Assembly: GCF_000485595.1 (NCBI RefSeq)
Contig: NW_014577075.1
Span: 649,311-713,310 of the forward strand
Direction of reading: 5' to 3'
From: Priapulus caudatus
Taxonomy: Eukaryota
DNA: 64,000 bases
The translations under genes and the position numbers were made by a program. The notes beneath the pieces are model-generated. The model saw only the letters and a program-made list of their open reading frames with translations. It had not been told where the DNA came from and ran no database searches. Shown in pieces: positions 25,136 through 37,911 of this stretch; within the stretch, counting starts at the first letter, position 1, and each line of letters begins with the position of its first letter.

Positions 25136-27295
25136 GATAACTGAATTACTTTTCAGGATTACAGTATAGCTGTATTCCTACCAATATTAATCTTCTCTGC
25201 CAGTGTCAGTGCAGTGTGAGTGTAAGAAAAAATTCAATCAACGTACAACGCATTCAATCCCGTTAAAACGAAATAATTTGTGTCCAAATTGTTCGATCGC
25301 ATGAAATGCTGGTCGCGTTACAGATGGGTGATTAAAAGTTTAAAAAAGTAGTATGGTGGCCCAGTGTTATAATAGTTTATCACAAGTCTTCGGCGTGGCC
25401 CACTGTTATAATACATGTATACATGTAGTAGTTGCGAGATACGTGTTGTAGTTTATGAGAGAAAAGGAAAAAAGAAGTCAGGTGGTGATCGCGTAGGCTT
25501 TCAAAATTACACGTTCTTGTAGGCTTACTATTCATACCCTACATACATATCCAACGATATTTGGCCGAAATTACGCGAACAATAATTAAAACATTTAAAA
25601 CGTAAATCACCGTTCACCGTAACCTCTCTTCTTGCCAATAACTCTCAGGTTCCCACTCCAGGACCGTGTTCGTTTGTTCGGTAAGAGTCTTGTTCTTTGC
25701 CCTTTTTTTTAAACCTTTCATAAATTTTTTAGCAATTGATGTTTTATGATTTTATGTTTCTGTTTTATGAGAATAATTTATATGTACATTATTTTACATG
25801 ATTTAGTATACATGTATATCGTATTGTATGTGGATGTGTGTCTTGTATGTTTGTGTGTGTGTATTCGGTGGTGCGGTGCGTGTGCGTGGTGCGGTTGTCG
25901 AGACGAGAGGGAGGCTACGGGGGCCCGCGGGGCGCGGCCGCGCCCGGGGTCGTGGCGCCGCCGTGGCAAGGCGCCGTGCGGCGCTGTACGCGCGACGTTT
26001 CCGGTGCGTGGCGCAGCGAGTGAGGGGTGCTCGCGTGGTGTGTAGTTAGTCGTGTAAGTGTGTGTGTGGTGCTTGTGGGGTATTGTGGTATGTTAAATAC
26101 TATTGTGTGGTGCGTGCAGGTGCGAGTGTGTGTGCGTGCGTAGGAAGGGTGTGGTTGTGTTGGATGTGTGCGCGTGTATTGTGCGTGGTGTGGTGGTGTG
26201 TTGTGCGTGTGTGTGTGTGTGTTTTGCTGTGGTGATGAGAGAAGAATAGAAAGAGTGCGAGACAATGATGAGATAAAGTCTGTGGTGTGTTGCGGCGCGC
26301 GTGGTGCCGGGGGTGGTTGTGTGCGTGTGTGTCGTGCTTGCATGGTGCGTGCGTGGTGTGTGTGTGTGAACGGATATAGACATTTTGCGCGGGCTAGGTT
26401 ACAGCTCGATGTGACGGAGGCGAAAGAGACTAAGATCGCTTGGGTACCTTGTCTTTGCATGTCTGTTATTGGGGCCGGGTATTATTTAATATAGCGTTGC
26501 TGTCGCCCGTGCCACAGTACATTTCACTCGCTCGTCCCGCCTCGCTGTGCTACGCCTGGACATACAACCAGGAATGGACAACCACATGCAATCGATAGGC
26601 CGTTAAAAGTGAGCAGTTGAGGTACAACAACGCCAGAAATGCACGTGATCCGGGGCCGCTTGTCCATACAGCCAGGGTGGAAAAGTCAGCTAGAGTGGAC
26701 TCAATATCAGGCAGAACCTGCCTTCAGTCTGATCAGTCAAGTGATAAAGCAAAACGCAAAGGTACCATGATGTTGTGCATGAAGGTAGTTCGCATCACGA
26801 GGCGCTCGTTTATTTGCAAGTTTTTTAAAGCCTGTGGGAAATACCACGCGGTGTTGTGAAACTCTATAGTATTCACCGCCGGAGAATGATCGATGTGTGT
26901 AAAGTATTAAAAATAGGAATAGTGCCGGATGGAAGTGCTCCAGGGAGTCGCAGCCGTATTCGTGGAAAACGCCGTTCTCGTGCTGTGACAGCTGAATAAA
27001 TATTTATTATGAGTTGATCTGAACATGTCGGGGGTGCGGTGCGCGAAGCGTGTGTATATTGTGGTGTGTGGGGGGTCATTGTGTGTGCCGGCGTGAATGC
27101 TATCGAAGCAGCCACGGCCCCGCCGCTGTTGATTTATAATTGATCACAAAAAAACGTGTAAGATATACTGTATATCTATTGAATCAGGTGGCGTTGGACC
27201 AGGCTGGTCGAGGCGCCGGACACAGTGGCAGTCGCCCGGCTAAGCTAGGGGACTTCAGGGTTTGAATGCGGCAGGTAAGGGTTAGGGTAGGGCGT

Positions 27296-30033
27296 AGAGG
27301 CCCCTGATTGGTTTGGTTTTCTATGAGGCCCCGTGATTGGGTCGGTTTGCTAAAGGAGGCCCCTGATTGGTCGGATCACTAGAGGCCACCTGATCTGTCG
27401 GTTGCTACGCAGCTCCTGGAATTGCGGTCTTTGCTAAGGAGGCTCTGCATTGGCGCCCGGTTGCTGAGCGAGGGGTATGCTTTCCTGATGTGGGTGGCGG
27501 GGGGGGGGGGGGGGGGCGCTTGTTCTTGCTATGATGGCCCGCGCTTGATTTGTCGAGGCTGGTGGTTTTAGCGATACGAGCCCCTGTTGTCGGCTGCTAC
27601 GCAGGCCCGGCGGCCCGACTGATTTGGTCCGTTGCAGGGAGGGGCACCTGATTGGCCGGGTTGCACGAGCTCCTGATTGGTCGGCTGCTAGGAGCCCCGC
27701 GTGATTGATCGGGCTGTTAGAGGCCGCCATGATTGGTCGGTTGCCCCACGAGCTCCTGATTGGTCGGTTGCTAGGAGGCCCCTGATTGGCGCGGTTGCCT
27801 ACGAAGCCCTCCTCATTGGTCAGCTGCACGAGGCCCGCTGATTGGTCGCTGATACGAGGTCCCTGTTGTCGGGGCTGCTAGCAGGGCCAATGAGTGTGTC
27901 GCGTGCTCCCAAGAGGCCCCCTGAATTGGTCGGTCGCGGCCGTGCGTACGCCACGCCCCTTGATGGGCACGCCGCTGCGTACCGAGGCTCCTGACTGTGG
28001 TTGGTTGCTAGCTACCGCCCTGATTGGCAGCGGTCCTACGAAGGCCCCGGCTATGTTTGGTCGGCGCGGCCGCGCGCCGGCTGCTACAAGCGCCCGGCCC
28101 TGAGTATGGTCGGGCGTGCTACGACAGCCCCTGATGTCGGTCAGACTGGCCCGCGCTCCACCGAGGGGCCCTGATTGACGGCTGATACCGAAGGCACCCC
28201 TGTTGGTCGGCTGCTACGAGCCGCCTGATTGCCGTGCTAGAGGCCCCTGATTGGTTCCGGCGCTAAGCGGAGGCCGCCCCTGAGTGCGTCGGCTGCTACG
28301 AGTCTTGCTACGATAAGGCCTCTATTGGTCCCGCCTGATCTACGAGGCCCCTGTTGGGCCGTCTGGCTACCAGGCGCCACTGATGGTCGGCTTGCTAGGG
28401 CCGCCTGATTATCGCTGCTACCGCTAGCCCCTGAAATTTGTCGGCCTGCTGACGAGGCTCCTCTCATGTTTGTTGCAGGAGCACCCCTGCATGGTCGCTG
28501 GCTACGAGGCTCCTGATTTGGTCGGCGTACGAGCCCCTGGATTGTCGCTGCTTACGAGGCCCTCATTGGTTGGTTGCTAGAGACCTCCTGATGTCGGGAT
28601 CTGCTGACGCAGTCTCCTGATTGTTTCGATCGGGCTGCTATGCGAGGCCCTGATGTCCCGGCTTCTCAACGAGGCCACCTGATTGGCCCGGTTGCTAACG
28701 AGCCCCTGATTGGTCGGCTGCTAACGAAGCCTCCTGATTGGTCCGCTCCTACGAGTCCTCCTGATTGGTCGGCGCTTAGGAGCCCCTGATGAATCGGCGG
28801 CTGTTAGGAGTGCTCCCTGATGATCGCTGTTGGAGGGGAGGCCCCATGATTGGTCGTTGCTACGAGGCCCCAGATGTGTCGGGTTTGCTAACGCCGAGCG
28901 TGCCTGATTGCGTCAGTTGCGTAGGAGGCCCCTGAGTGGCCGTTGCTACGAGGCTTCCCGCTGAATGGGTCGCCTGCTACGAGGCCCCTGATTGGTCGCG
29001 CTGCTACGACACCTTGATTTGTCCAGGCTTGGTTAATGAAGGCCCCGGATTAGCCGGCGCTGGGTGCTAGAGGCCCTGAATTTGGCTCGGTTGTTAGGAG
29101 GCGCCCCTGATTTGGTGGCTGCTAACGTAGACCACCTGATGTTGTCTTGCCCAAATCTAGGGGCCGCTTTGAGAAAACGCGACCAAATCAAGGGCGCTCG
29201 TGAACAACGCGACCACATCAGGGGCCTCCTAGCAGCACCGACCAATCAAGGCCGCCGTCCTAGCAGCCAGTCAAGTCAGGGGCCTCGTAGAAAACCTGCC
29301 AATCAAGGGGTAATCATAACAGCCGACGAATCGCCAGTCTTGTAGAAACCAACCAATCAAGGCCTTCGTAGAAACGCGTCCAATCAGGGCCCCTATCAAG
29401 CCGATCAATCAGGAGGCTCTAGCAACCGACCAATCAGGAGGCCTCGTAGGTCAGCCGACCAACAAGCCTCCTATAAAGCCGACGAGCAATCAGGGGTCTC
29501 CCTAGCAGCCGACCAATCAGAGGCTCCGTAGAAATCCGACCAATCAGGGACCTCGTAGAAACTCGACCAATCAGGGGCGCTCGTAGAGACGGCTGTCTTC
29601 AATTCAGGCCTCCTAGCAGCCAGTCCAATCAGGAGCCTTTTAGCAGCTCGACCAATCAGGGGCCTTCCTAAGTCAGCCGCCAATCAGGGGCTTCGTAGCA
29701 ACTTACCAATCAAGAGCCTCGTATGCTGTACCGCACCAATGCCAGGAGCCTCGTAGGCTACCGAACTAATCAAGGAGCCCCGTAGCATCCGGACACATTA
29801 GGTTGGCCTCCTAGCAGCCGACCAATCAAGCTTCATAGCAACCGATCCAACAGGGGCCTCCTAGCAACCGACCAATCAGGGGCTTTCGTTAGATAGCCGA
29901 CCAATCTTAGAGCTTCGTGGCAAAGCTTGGCACAATCACGGAAGCCTTTAGCAGCTGACTGCAATCAGGAGGCCTGCCTAGCACCGCCAATCAGGAGCCA
30001 TCACATAGCATCCGACCAATCAGGGGCCTCGTA
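27296..30033. repeat. 26-bp CCAAT-box minisatellite, copy 4 (very indel-rich)
   Basis: Same unit; polarity switch near 29155-29162. Confidence 0.88.
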
Positions 30034-32179
30034 GTTACCAGTGTACATGCCACACGCAACGCACGTAGTACGTGCACACAGCACGGCGCGGTTAGGGAAC
30101 AACAACGCAAACGCACATGTCACAGCACGCACGCAACGCACGCACCAGCACCACGCAACGTTAGTACACACACGCACGCACGGCACGGATACGTGCACTT
30201 GGCTTTCAGTCGAGTGTTGATACGCATCATGGAGACAAACGAAAATGAGACAACGAACATCCAACTCAGCCACTCCCCGTAGAAAAGCTAGAGCCAGTAT
30301 GTTTACATACCAAGAGAGACGTCAGTTTGTGTTGATAATGGTATGTGTCGCACAGTGTGATTGGTTTACGCTAGGCACGGCCCCATCAACAACCAAGCAG
30401 CTACGAGTGGCGTAGTGATTTACACTGAACTTCATTAACAACATTTGGTAAACGCAGGTGCTACGTCTTGCGTTTGATGAATCGCAACCTACGAGCTTTG
30501 CGTACGTACTGTCGTAGAAACTCTGTATCACGCAATCCATTTCACGCAACGTTGATGAATTGCTTGCCCCAGAATCGCTACGGGTTGCAGTTGCACTTTC
30601 CGCAGACGTATAGCGATTTCACAGCTAATTCGACTGGCGATTCTGGACATCGCTGCCCTCAGTGCATGAAAAAAGGTAGAAAGTCGTCAAGTCTGCGCCA
30701 GGCTTAAAGATGTTAGAAGCGCAATAAGCCCCGTTAACAAACGCCGAAGGGCCCCGTTGTCAACGTCAGATGGCGCTTGTTCATTGGCACCTATAATCAG
30801 AAATTCTCCAGGATCTCATGTAGTACGGCGTATAAAAGTTTCACAACGTTCAAACCGAAATAAGTGCACAATCCACAATTGGTGCTCATCCGCTGAACTA
30901 GAACGGCGTGTGCTGTTGAAGTATTACTCGTTACCAATTAACCCTTTGGAAAAACTTGGAAAAAACCTCACCTGTGTGTGAACTAACTTCATCGAAAAAT
31001 TACTTACGCTTTGGTTAAGTCCACCGCCGTCCTAAGTATACCGCGATCTTAGACGTTTGTTCATCCCTGGTATAGTCCATACGTAGCACAGCGACTTGCT
31101 TTTTATGAAGCGATGAAGATTTGTAGCTGACGCTCAATACGCCTTATATACGAACCCTGCAGCCAAGCAGACATCGCTCAATCAAAAAGATGCTAACACC
31201 AACGCAACTTACAGCGTCTCGTCCGTCTGGTGCAATAACAACAAAACATCTAGACGCGCAAATATGTCTTTATCGTTATAGGCGGCCGCCATTATGCAGT
31301 TCTCAACAACGTCGTAGTGTGTGTGTGTATTGTGTGTGTTTGTGTGGTGGGTGTGTGTTGGGTGTGTGTGTTGTGTGAGTGTGTTGTGCGTGGTCACGTG
31401 TAGGTGTGTGCGCACGTGTGGGCGTGGGTATGTGAGCGTGTATGGTAGTGGTACGGTTTTGGTGGTGTGTATTGTTGTGTGTGGTGTTGTGTGTGTGTGG
31501 GTGTGGTGTGTGTGGTGTGTGTGTGTTTGTGTGTGTAGTAAGTGGTTCTGTGGTAGTGAGTGTCGTGTGTGTGTGTGGTGTGTTTGTGTGTGGTGGTGTG
31601 GTGTGTGTGTTGTGTGTGTGGTGTGTGTGTTCGGTGGGGCGCTGTTGAAAACGTGCGAGATTGTTTACCATTAGGTAAGGATGTTTGCAATGTCGTATAT
31701 TGATTTTGTCACATGAAGCTCGGCATGATTGAGCAAAAGGAGTACGGTTAAAATATCTTCCCGTGGTGGCAAGAAGCTAGAGGAGTGGCAATGAAAAGAA
31801 TGCAATGGAATAAACCTGAGACGAAACGAAGGCAAACAATGATGCTGATGTGTGAATGAAAGAAAAATGAAGAAGATAGACAGAAGGTAATGATAGAGAA
31901 TGGAGACCGGCAACGTACAACATACTGGTAATGGAGTGAACTGGGCGGTAACGGGGGAAATCGATGCATTGGGTAGTAGGGTAATGAAGTGTAAGATGCG
32001 GTAGTCCAAGGCAACCTAATGGAGCCTTGAGGGCGATAGTCAGCAGATACAGTGAGATAAATATACAGAAATGCTCTTAAAAATTCTAGAGACTTTTAGA
32101 TGGATTTTGCGAATAGATTTGCTGCCTTTTATAAACTACTTGTCAATGACAATGCCATGTGGTGTGAGCAAAGAATAAA

Positions 32180-33044
32180 TTATATGGATCAATATAACAG
32201 GTTAATTTTTACTCAACCGTGGAAGATTGGAAACGTACAGCTGACGTTTCGCGCGTTCTGTCAGGAGGCTTTCTCAACTGACTGAACATCATAACATTTT
32301 GACCACCGAGGGTGTGTTGGTCAATAGCTTAGTGCCACACTTGACTAAGGCCTGTATCCCCCCTCGTCGCCGGTTGGATGTTTGGGGTCTTGCGATCTAG
32401 ATGACCTCCTTAATTCAAACGCCTGGGGCCCCGTTGTCAGAAACCATCGTAAAGTTAATGCTAATTTTTAATGCTAAGATAAACACTTACGACTAATGAT
32501 AATGTTATACGAAGAGAGTACGTTGACAGAAACACATCGCAGCTATTAGAAAAACTTACGATAACAGTCTTTTGACAAATTGTATGCTATAGAGCCTGGT
32601 TAATCGACTATAGGTCTATACGTGGTGCCTTCTTTATGTATTTTAGGTGTGCAGTAGATTTTGGTACATTTTCGGCCGTGGGATACAGGAACTTGTACTG
32701 GGCTTCAGAATTTTGTCTCCTCTTTTCAGACGTTGAAGATCGCCAATAGTTTGCTTTTATATTTCGTTGTCGGGTCTTTCTTTAATTTTCCATAGGTCTT
32801 TACATCGCTCAACATAGTATTGACTTTAGTGGCTTAGTCACGTGTGACAATAAGCTATTGACCACCACACCATCTGGTGGCCAAAACTGATTATCATCAG
32901 TTAGCTTATGAGAAAGCCTCCTGGCAGGAGGCGAAACGTCAGCGGTACGTTTCCAATTCACGGTCAGAGTAAAGATTAACGCTCGTATATATATTAGTTC
33001 TACCAAACGAATGAACTTATTTAATGAGTTATATTGGATCATAT
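32180..33044 (-). mobile_element. Second, indel-rich copy of the Penelope-like element
   Basis: Colinear with 23552-24405: same RT fragment, same inverted pseudo-LTRs and flanks, with many single-base indels. Confidence 0.8.
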
Positions 33045-33388
33045 TCATAAATTCATTCACATACGCGTTAAGATGATATATTCTATTGCTATATAAAATA
33101 TGTTATCTGAAATGATAAGGATTTAACCATGCAGGTAAACGTAGAGGCGTTGACTGTGAGTACTAATATCACTATTATATGTGTGAACTAAACAAAATGG
33201 GTTCCACACAGTGAGCGTTGCTGAACTGAATAAAAAAAAAAAACACACTTTATATATATATATATATATAAATATAGATTCCAATGGTTGTTTATGAACT
33301 CGTGTGTCGAGATGCTCAATACTACATGAGTAAGCAAATATAGATAAACGTTATACGGACACTGTAGAAATTTTGACTACTGTTTTAT

Positions 33389-33438
33389 TGCATACAGAAC
33401 TGTTTCGTGTGGAGCGAAAGCTCCACATTCATCAGTGC
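33389..33438 (-). ncRNA. Type I hammerhead ribozyme motif, left arm of palindrome
   Basis: Minus strand reads GCA CUGAUGA AUGUGGAGC-UUUC-GCUCCACAC GAA ACAG-UU-CUGU A UGC: canonical CUGANGA and GAAA boxes, GUA triplet, with an A-C mismatch at the base of stem II. Confidence 0.75.
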
Positions 33439-33458
33439 CTAATACAGAGATGTATTTA

Positions 33459-33506
33459 GCACTGATGAGTGTGGAGCTTCGGCTCCACACAAACAGTTCT
33501 GTATGC
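33459..33506 (+). ncRNA. Type I hammerhead ribozyme motif, right arm of palindrome
   Basis: gca ctgatga gtgtggagc-ttcg-gctccacac aa acag-tt-ctgt a tgc: 9-bp stem II with a UUCG tetraloop; G12 of the GAAA box is missing in this copy. Confidence 0.65.
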
Positions 33507-33870
33507 AAAAACAGAGTCAAAATTTCTACCGTGTCCGTATAACTTTATCTATATATAAATATAATATATATATAATATATATATTCGCTTTTCACAATCA
33601 CGTGCTTCCTTATATATTCTTCGCCCGCAAAAAATGTGCTGTTTATCCGTCGTTTGTTCGTTCAGATGCAAGAATTCATATTTAAGAGTTCTTGGTGACA
33701 GAGCGTCGTTATACGCTGAAAGTTTGACGCACTATACATTTCAAAATACATGCAGCTCATACATAATATCATCCGTGAAAACGTCACAACAATTCAGACC
33801 AATATCTAGACGTGTATTCCATAAAATGCGATTTCCTCAAACGCGCTATTGCGGGCTTCGACTATTTAAT

Positions 33871-36800
33871 CTACTCCCCTTCACCCATATCTTCCATGTT
33901 ATCGTCGTTCTTCTCTTGCTTGATTTCGGACGGGCCCTGGCGTGTATCCGCGTGGCCGTCGTCGTCCTTCTGTCGGTCGCTCTTTTCCTCAGGCGTGCCA
34001 GCAGTGTCGCCCTCCTCGTTACTCTTCGCCCTCCTGTTCCTGTTCTTCTTCCTCGGCTTGATTTTCTCGGCGGCAATGTTCAGGCCTCCGCTGTACGGGT
34101 CGTCCTTCACGATCGGCGCCTCGTCGGTGTCTTTCATCGGTTGGATCGCGTTAGAACCGCCAAGTGGACCCGATCCGGATCCGTGGCTGTCCGCCGCGGT
34201 GCCGGACTGAATGATCGGCGACTGGCTCGTGTCCCGCTGCCGTTTCTTGGTCGATGTGTGGAGTTTCTTGCTGACCTTCTTCGCCGTCGTCTGGATTACC
34301 TCTTGTATGACGTTAATAACCATCGATAGGACGGCCATTCCGAGCAGCATGTAGACGGAGCTGAGGATCACCTGTTAGAACACACGAGATGACGCTACGT
34401 TGCATATGCAAAGGACCTTCATGTCATTCGCGATTGGACTGTACTTACGTTAGTGCGGAATGTAACACCGATCGCCGTTAAACTTTACTCGGGCGTCATC
34501 CGTCTGACGGCGCTTATTCTCGGTATAGGCGTGTGATTTTTTAGCAGAAGAACGTTATTAATGCCTATGAATATACGCCTAACGTATAGTAATTGAGTAT
34601 TATGTTTATCACTCGGTGTCTTATGAAAGGAAATAGCAATCGGTGAAACATCGGACAAAATAGTTACTAACTATATTAATTTATATGCGACGTGGCTGTT
34701 GATTAAATATCCATGGAATTTGGTAGCGTTTAGATATAGTGTTTCCTCGCGTTATTTACATCTCGTATTAAGTGGCTCCGGAGATAATCATTATTGGTCT
34801 CAACGAAATTTAAATATTGTTTTCATGTGTATTTTTATTCAGTTTCAGACCTTTATTTCCGAAGCAGAATTGAATGAGGTGCTGCCTGGAACGTAATCTC
34901 CGAATCCGATTGTTGAAATCGTGACGAAACTGAAATATGCGCCATCTGTCGGTGTCCAACCCTCCCAGACCGAGAAGGTTACTGCCCCTGCACGTAAATA
35001 CCAACGACGGGCAATTAACATAAAAAAAGCTCAAGATTAAAAACGATAAATAATAAATAGCATAATATAATAAATAATACACAAAATACTCGCGTAATGA
35101 AACCTAAACTAGCTGCACCACGCTGAAAGCATAATATAATAAAATAATACACAAAATACTTGCGTAATAAAACCTAAACTAGCTGCACCACGCTGCGTCT
35201 ACCATACACATATGATCGTCTTGTGTGGCAATTCTTCATCTAAGAAAAAGACTCCCACTAAAGCGGCTAGACTATATGGAAAGTTATAACCAAATTATAG
35301 CTAAAATGGGAGAAAAGTCATACACAATATTACGCACCGAGAGCGATGTACAGGGCGAGTAAGATGAGAGCCAATAAGACGGGCACTGGTCGATCACTCG
35401 GTACCTCCCTAGGCTCCGTGTCAACGTTTCCCGGTAACAACCCGCTCGGAGAAACCTGCATGCGTCACGATTTGTTACCGCCATAGATATATCACATACA
35501 CACGTGTACATACATGAAGGTGATATCTATGCGTTACTGTGTTTGCGGCGGCGACCTTCTATCACAGAGACATCTTAGTTTATATAACGGCCGCGGCAAT
35601 GCCGAATTACCGACTACAGCCGTTTTCGACGAATTTCGGCCATTTTGAGAGAAAGGCAGCAGTGCTGTTGCGACAATTGAACTACACACGTACTTGACGT
35701 TCTACTGCTTTGTGTCGTTTTAGGTTACTCGGCAAAGAAGTATCCAAACTTGTGTTTCTATGGATGCTCGGATTCTCGCGTAATAATTTCCAGTATAATT
35801 GGTTCATTATAAAGACAATCCCCCCTACAGTGTACAGTTGTAAATTTGAGTTCGGCTGTAACAAATCTGAGGGTTGGCGCAACGATGTGCTTCCAAGAAG
35901 GAAATATTTCAGATATTTACGTAGTTTTATTATCCCTGATGTACGCCATGCAGTTATAAATGCGGCAAAAGATCTTCTTCAGATTTAATCCTAATAACTA
36001 ACGTGTGATATACGCTTGTACGCAACGAATGTATCTGTAACGGCGATATCTAATGAAATAATCCACATACTATATTTATATTTGTAATTTCATACTAAAC
36101 GAATCATCGATCGATATCGATCTACCCGTACACTATTTATGAAACGTGGATTAGAACGCTGAAGCCACATACCACCAGACCAGATAGGTGATCGTCGGGA
36201 GGGCCGCTTTTCTTGCCGCTCGCCTTGTCGCGCGCCTTGTTGTACACGAGTCTAATAGCGTCGGTGAGCACTTCACCGACGTTTGCCAGGAACATCATCA
36301 TCAGCGGAAGTCCACACAGTGCGTAGGCAATAGTAACAAGACGACCGGCTGCTGTCATTGGTACTATGTGACCATAGCCTGCCAAGCGCACGCACGCATT
36401 GATGTCAGCGACGATGTCAGCGTCAATGCATTAGTTTCATTATAAACGCCATCACCCACCCACCAACACCATCACCCCCACCTCCGTGCCATCACAACCT
36501 CCACCACCACCACCACTCCCACCTCCGCGCGATCACCCACCTACCACCACCACCACCCCCACCTCCGCGCCATCACCCACCCACCACCACCACCACCCCC
36601 ACCTCCGCGCCACCACAACCTCCACCACCACCAACACCTCAACAACAACACCACCGCCGCCAGCAACAACAACAACAATAACAACATCCACAATAACAAC
36701 AACAACAACAACAACACAAATAGCAACTATACACCATCGCCGCCGCCGCGCGCATGCGCGTACGTACCGACGACTGTGATGAGTGTCACCGAGTACATGA

Positions 36801-37911
36801 TGGCCACCGATAGGGTCCATGTGCGAACGTCGGGATCGTACGTAGTCGTGACAGCGTACTCGTAGCCGTGCTCATCTGCCGTGGAAATCGACGCCGACCG
36901 TAGTTCTTCTAGTTTGTCGCGGGCGTCCATCTTGAATTCCTCTTCGGTCGCATTCTCCTCGTCTAGCAGCTTGTACAAGAGCTTCACAATCCCCTCTTGC
37001 TTCCTGGGATCGTTGTCAGAAACAAGATTAGTCTTGCAGAAACAATAACGAGTAAACATTCGTGCCATCCTATCGCATTTAGCATTATGAAAAAAAACAT
37101 TTTCCTTTTATTGTAGAAGAATGAGGTTCCGGAAAGGAAGGGCATTGTGATTTTTAATCGTATAAAATTTATAGTTATCGTTCTATGAAACCTACAACAT
37201 TCTCTATTCGAAAACCATAAAACATTACGAAAACCGCGAGGCTCAGGCACTTCAGGCATATTCACACAAGAAGCAGGCACATTCGCACGTACACGCGCGC
37301 ACGCACGCACACACGCACACACACCCATACATGCCATATGCACATATTTTGTACACCAACCGGACAGGAAAGGAACTCTTATCAGAACAATGTCTTGTGG
37401 GCAGCAACATGCTTCACGACAACGCTTGACTGTGTGAATGTGCGTTGTGTGCGTTGTCTTCCTACTCACGTTAACAGCTCTTGTGACGCCTCCGCCGCAC
37501 TCTGACGCTGTTCAGCGTCATATGGATCTTCTAACGCTCTGTTGGTAAACGAATCTCATCATTATCCCGAAACATCACTCAGTATGCGAGCTTGCATTCG
37601 CCAACATGATGACAACAGCGCGCAACGATATGCATTTATGCGATTACGTGTATATCCCTTACGGCGGTAAAGTTTTAATAAGAAATGTACTTTGATACAA
37701 AAGCGAATACTTACTGAAAGATCAGGCCTCCGATTGTTGCATAGGCGATGACCAGAAACAGTAATCCTATTGTGGAGAAGACATACTTCAGCAGCACTTT
37801 CCACCACGCCTTTCGTCGATTTCTTGGTTTCAGACTTGTGAATTTCGCCGCTGCTTGTTGTTCGATGTTATCAAACTCATCTACCCTGGTCATGCTGAGA
37901 GTGGTGACCAT
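33871..37911 (-). CDS. Two-pore-domain potassium channel (K2P, invertebrate TWK/KCNK18-like), 7 exons
   Basis: Exons 37911-37715, 37538-37470, 37003-36768, 36378-36173, 35455-35338, 34987-34851 and 34371-33871, all GT-AG with matching phases. TM1 STIGLLFLVIAYATIGGLIFQALE, P1 YSVTLITVVGYGHIVP, TM2 GRLVTIAYALCGLPLMMMFLANVGE, TM3 VPVLLALILLALYIALGAVTFSVWEGW, P2 AYFSFVTISTIGFGDYVPG, TM4 VYMLLGMAVLSMVINVIQE. The start codon is tentative. Confidence 0.93.
35061..35195. repeat. ~68-bp tandem duplication in a K2P intron
   Basis: cataatataataaataatacacaaaatact.gcgtaat.aaacctaaactagctgcaccacgctg occurs twice. Confidence 0.85.

Larger units (their letters stand above)
33338..33554. repeat. ~215-bp near-perfect palindrome made of two head-to-head hammerhead-containing arms
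   Basis: gttatacggacactgtagaaattttgact...catacagaactgttt pairs with aaacagttctgtatgc...agtcaaaatttctaccgtgtccgtataac; centre near 33448; TA-rich flanks. Confidence 0.92.

Noticed and set aside
24686..25144. 152-aa ORF with internal repeats in the 180-bp array
   Set aside because: Open frames are not preserved between array copies and no domain is recognisable; treated as non-coding repeat.
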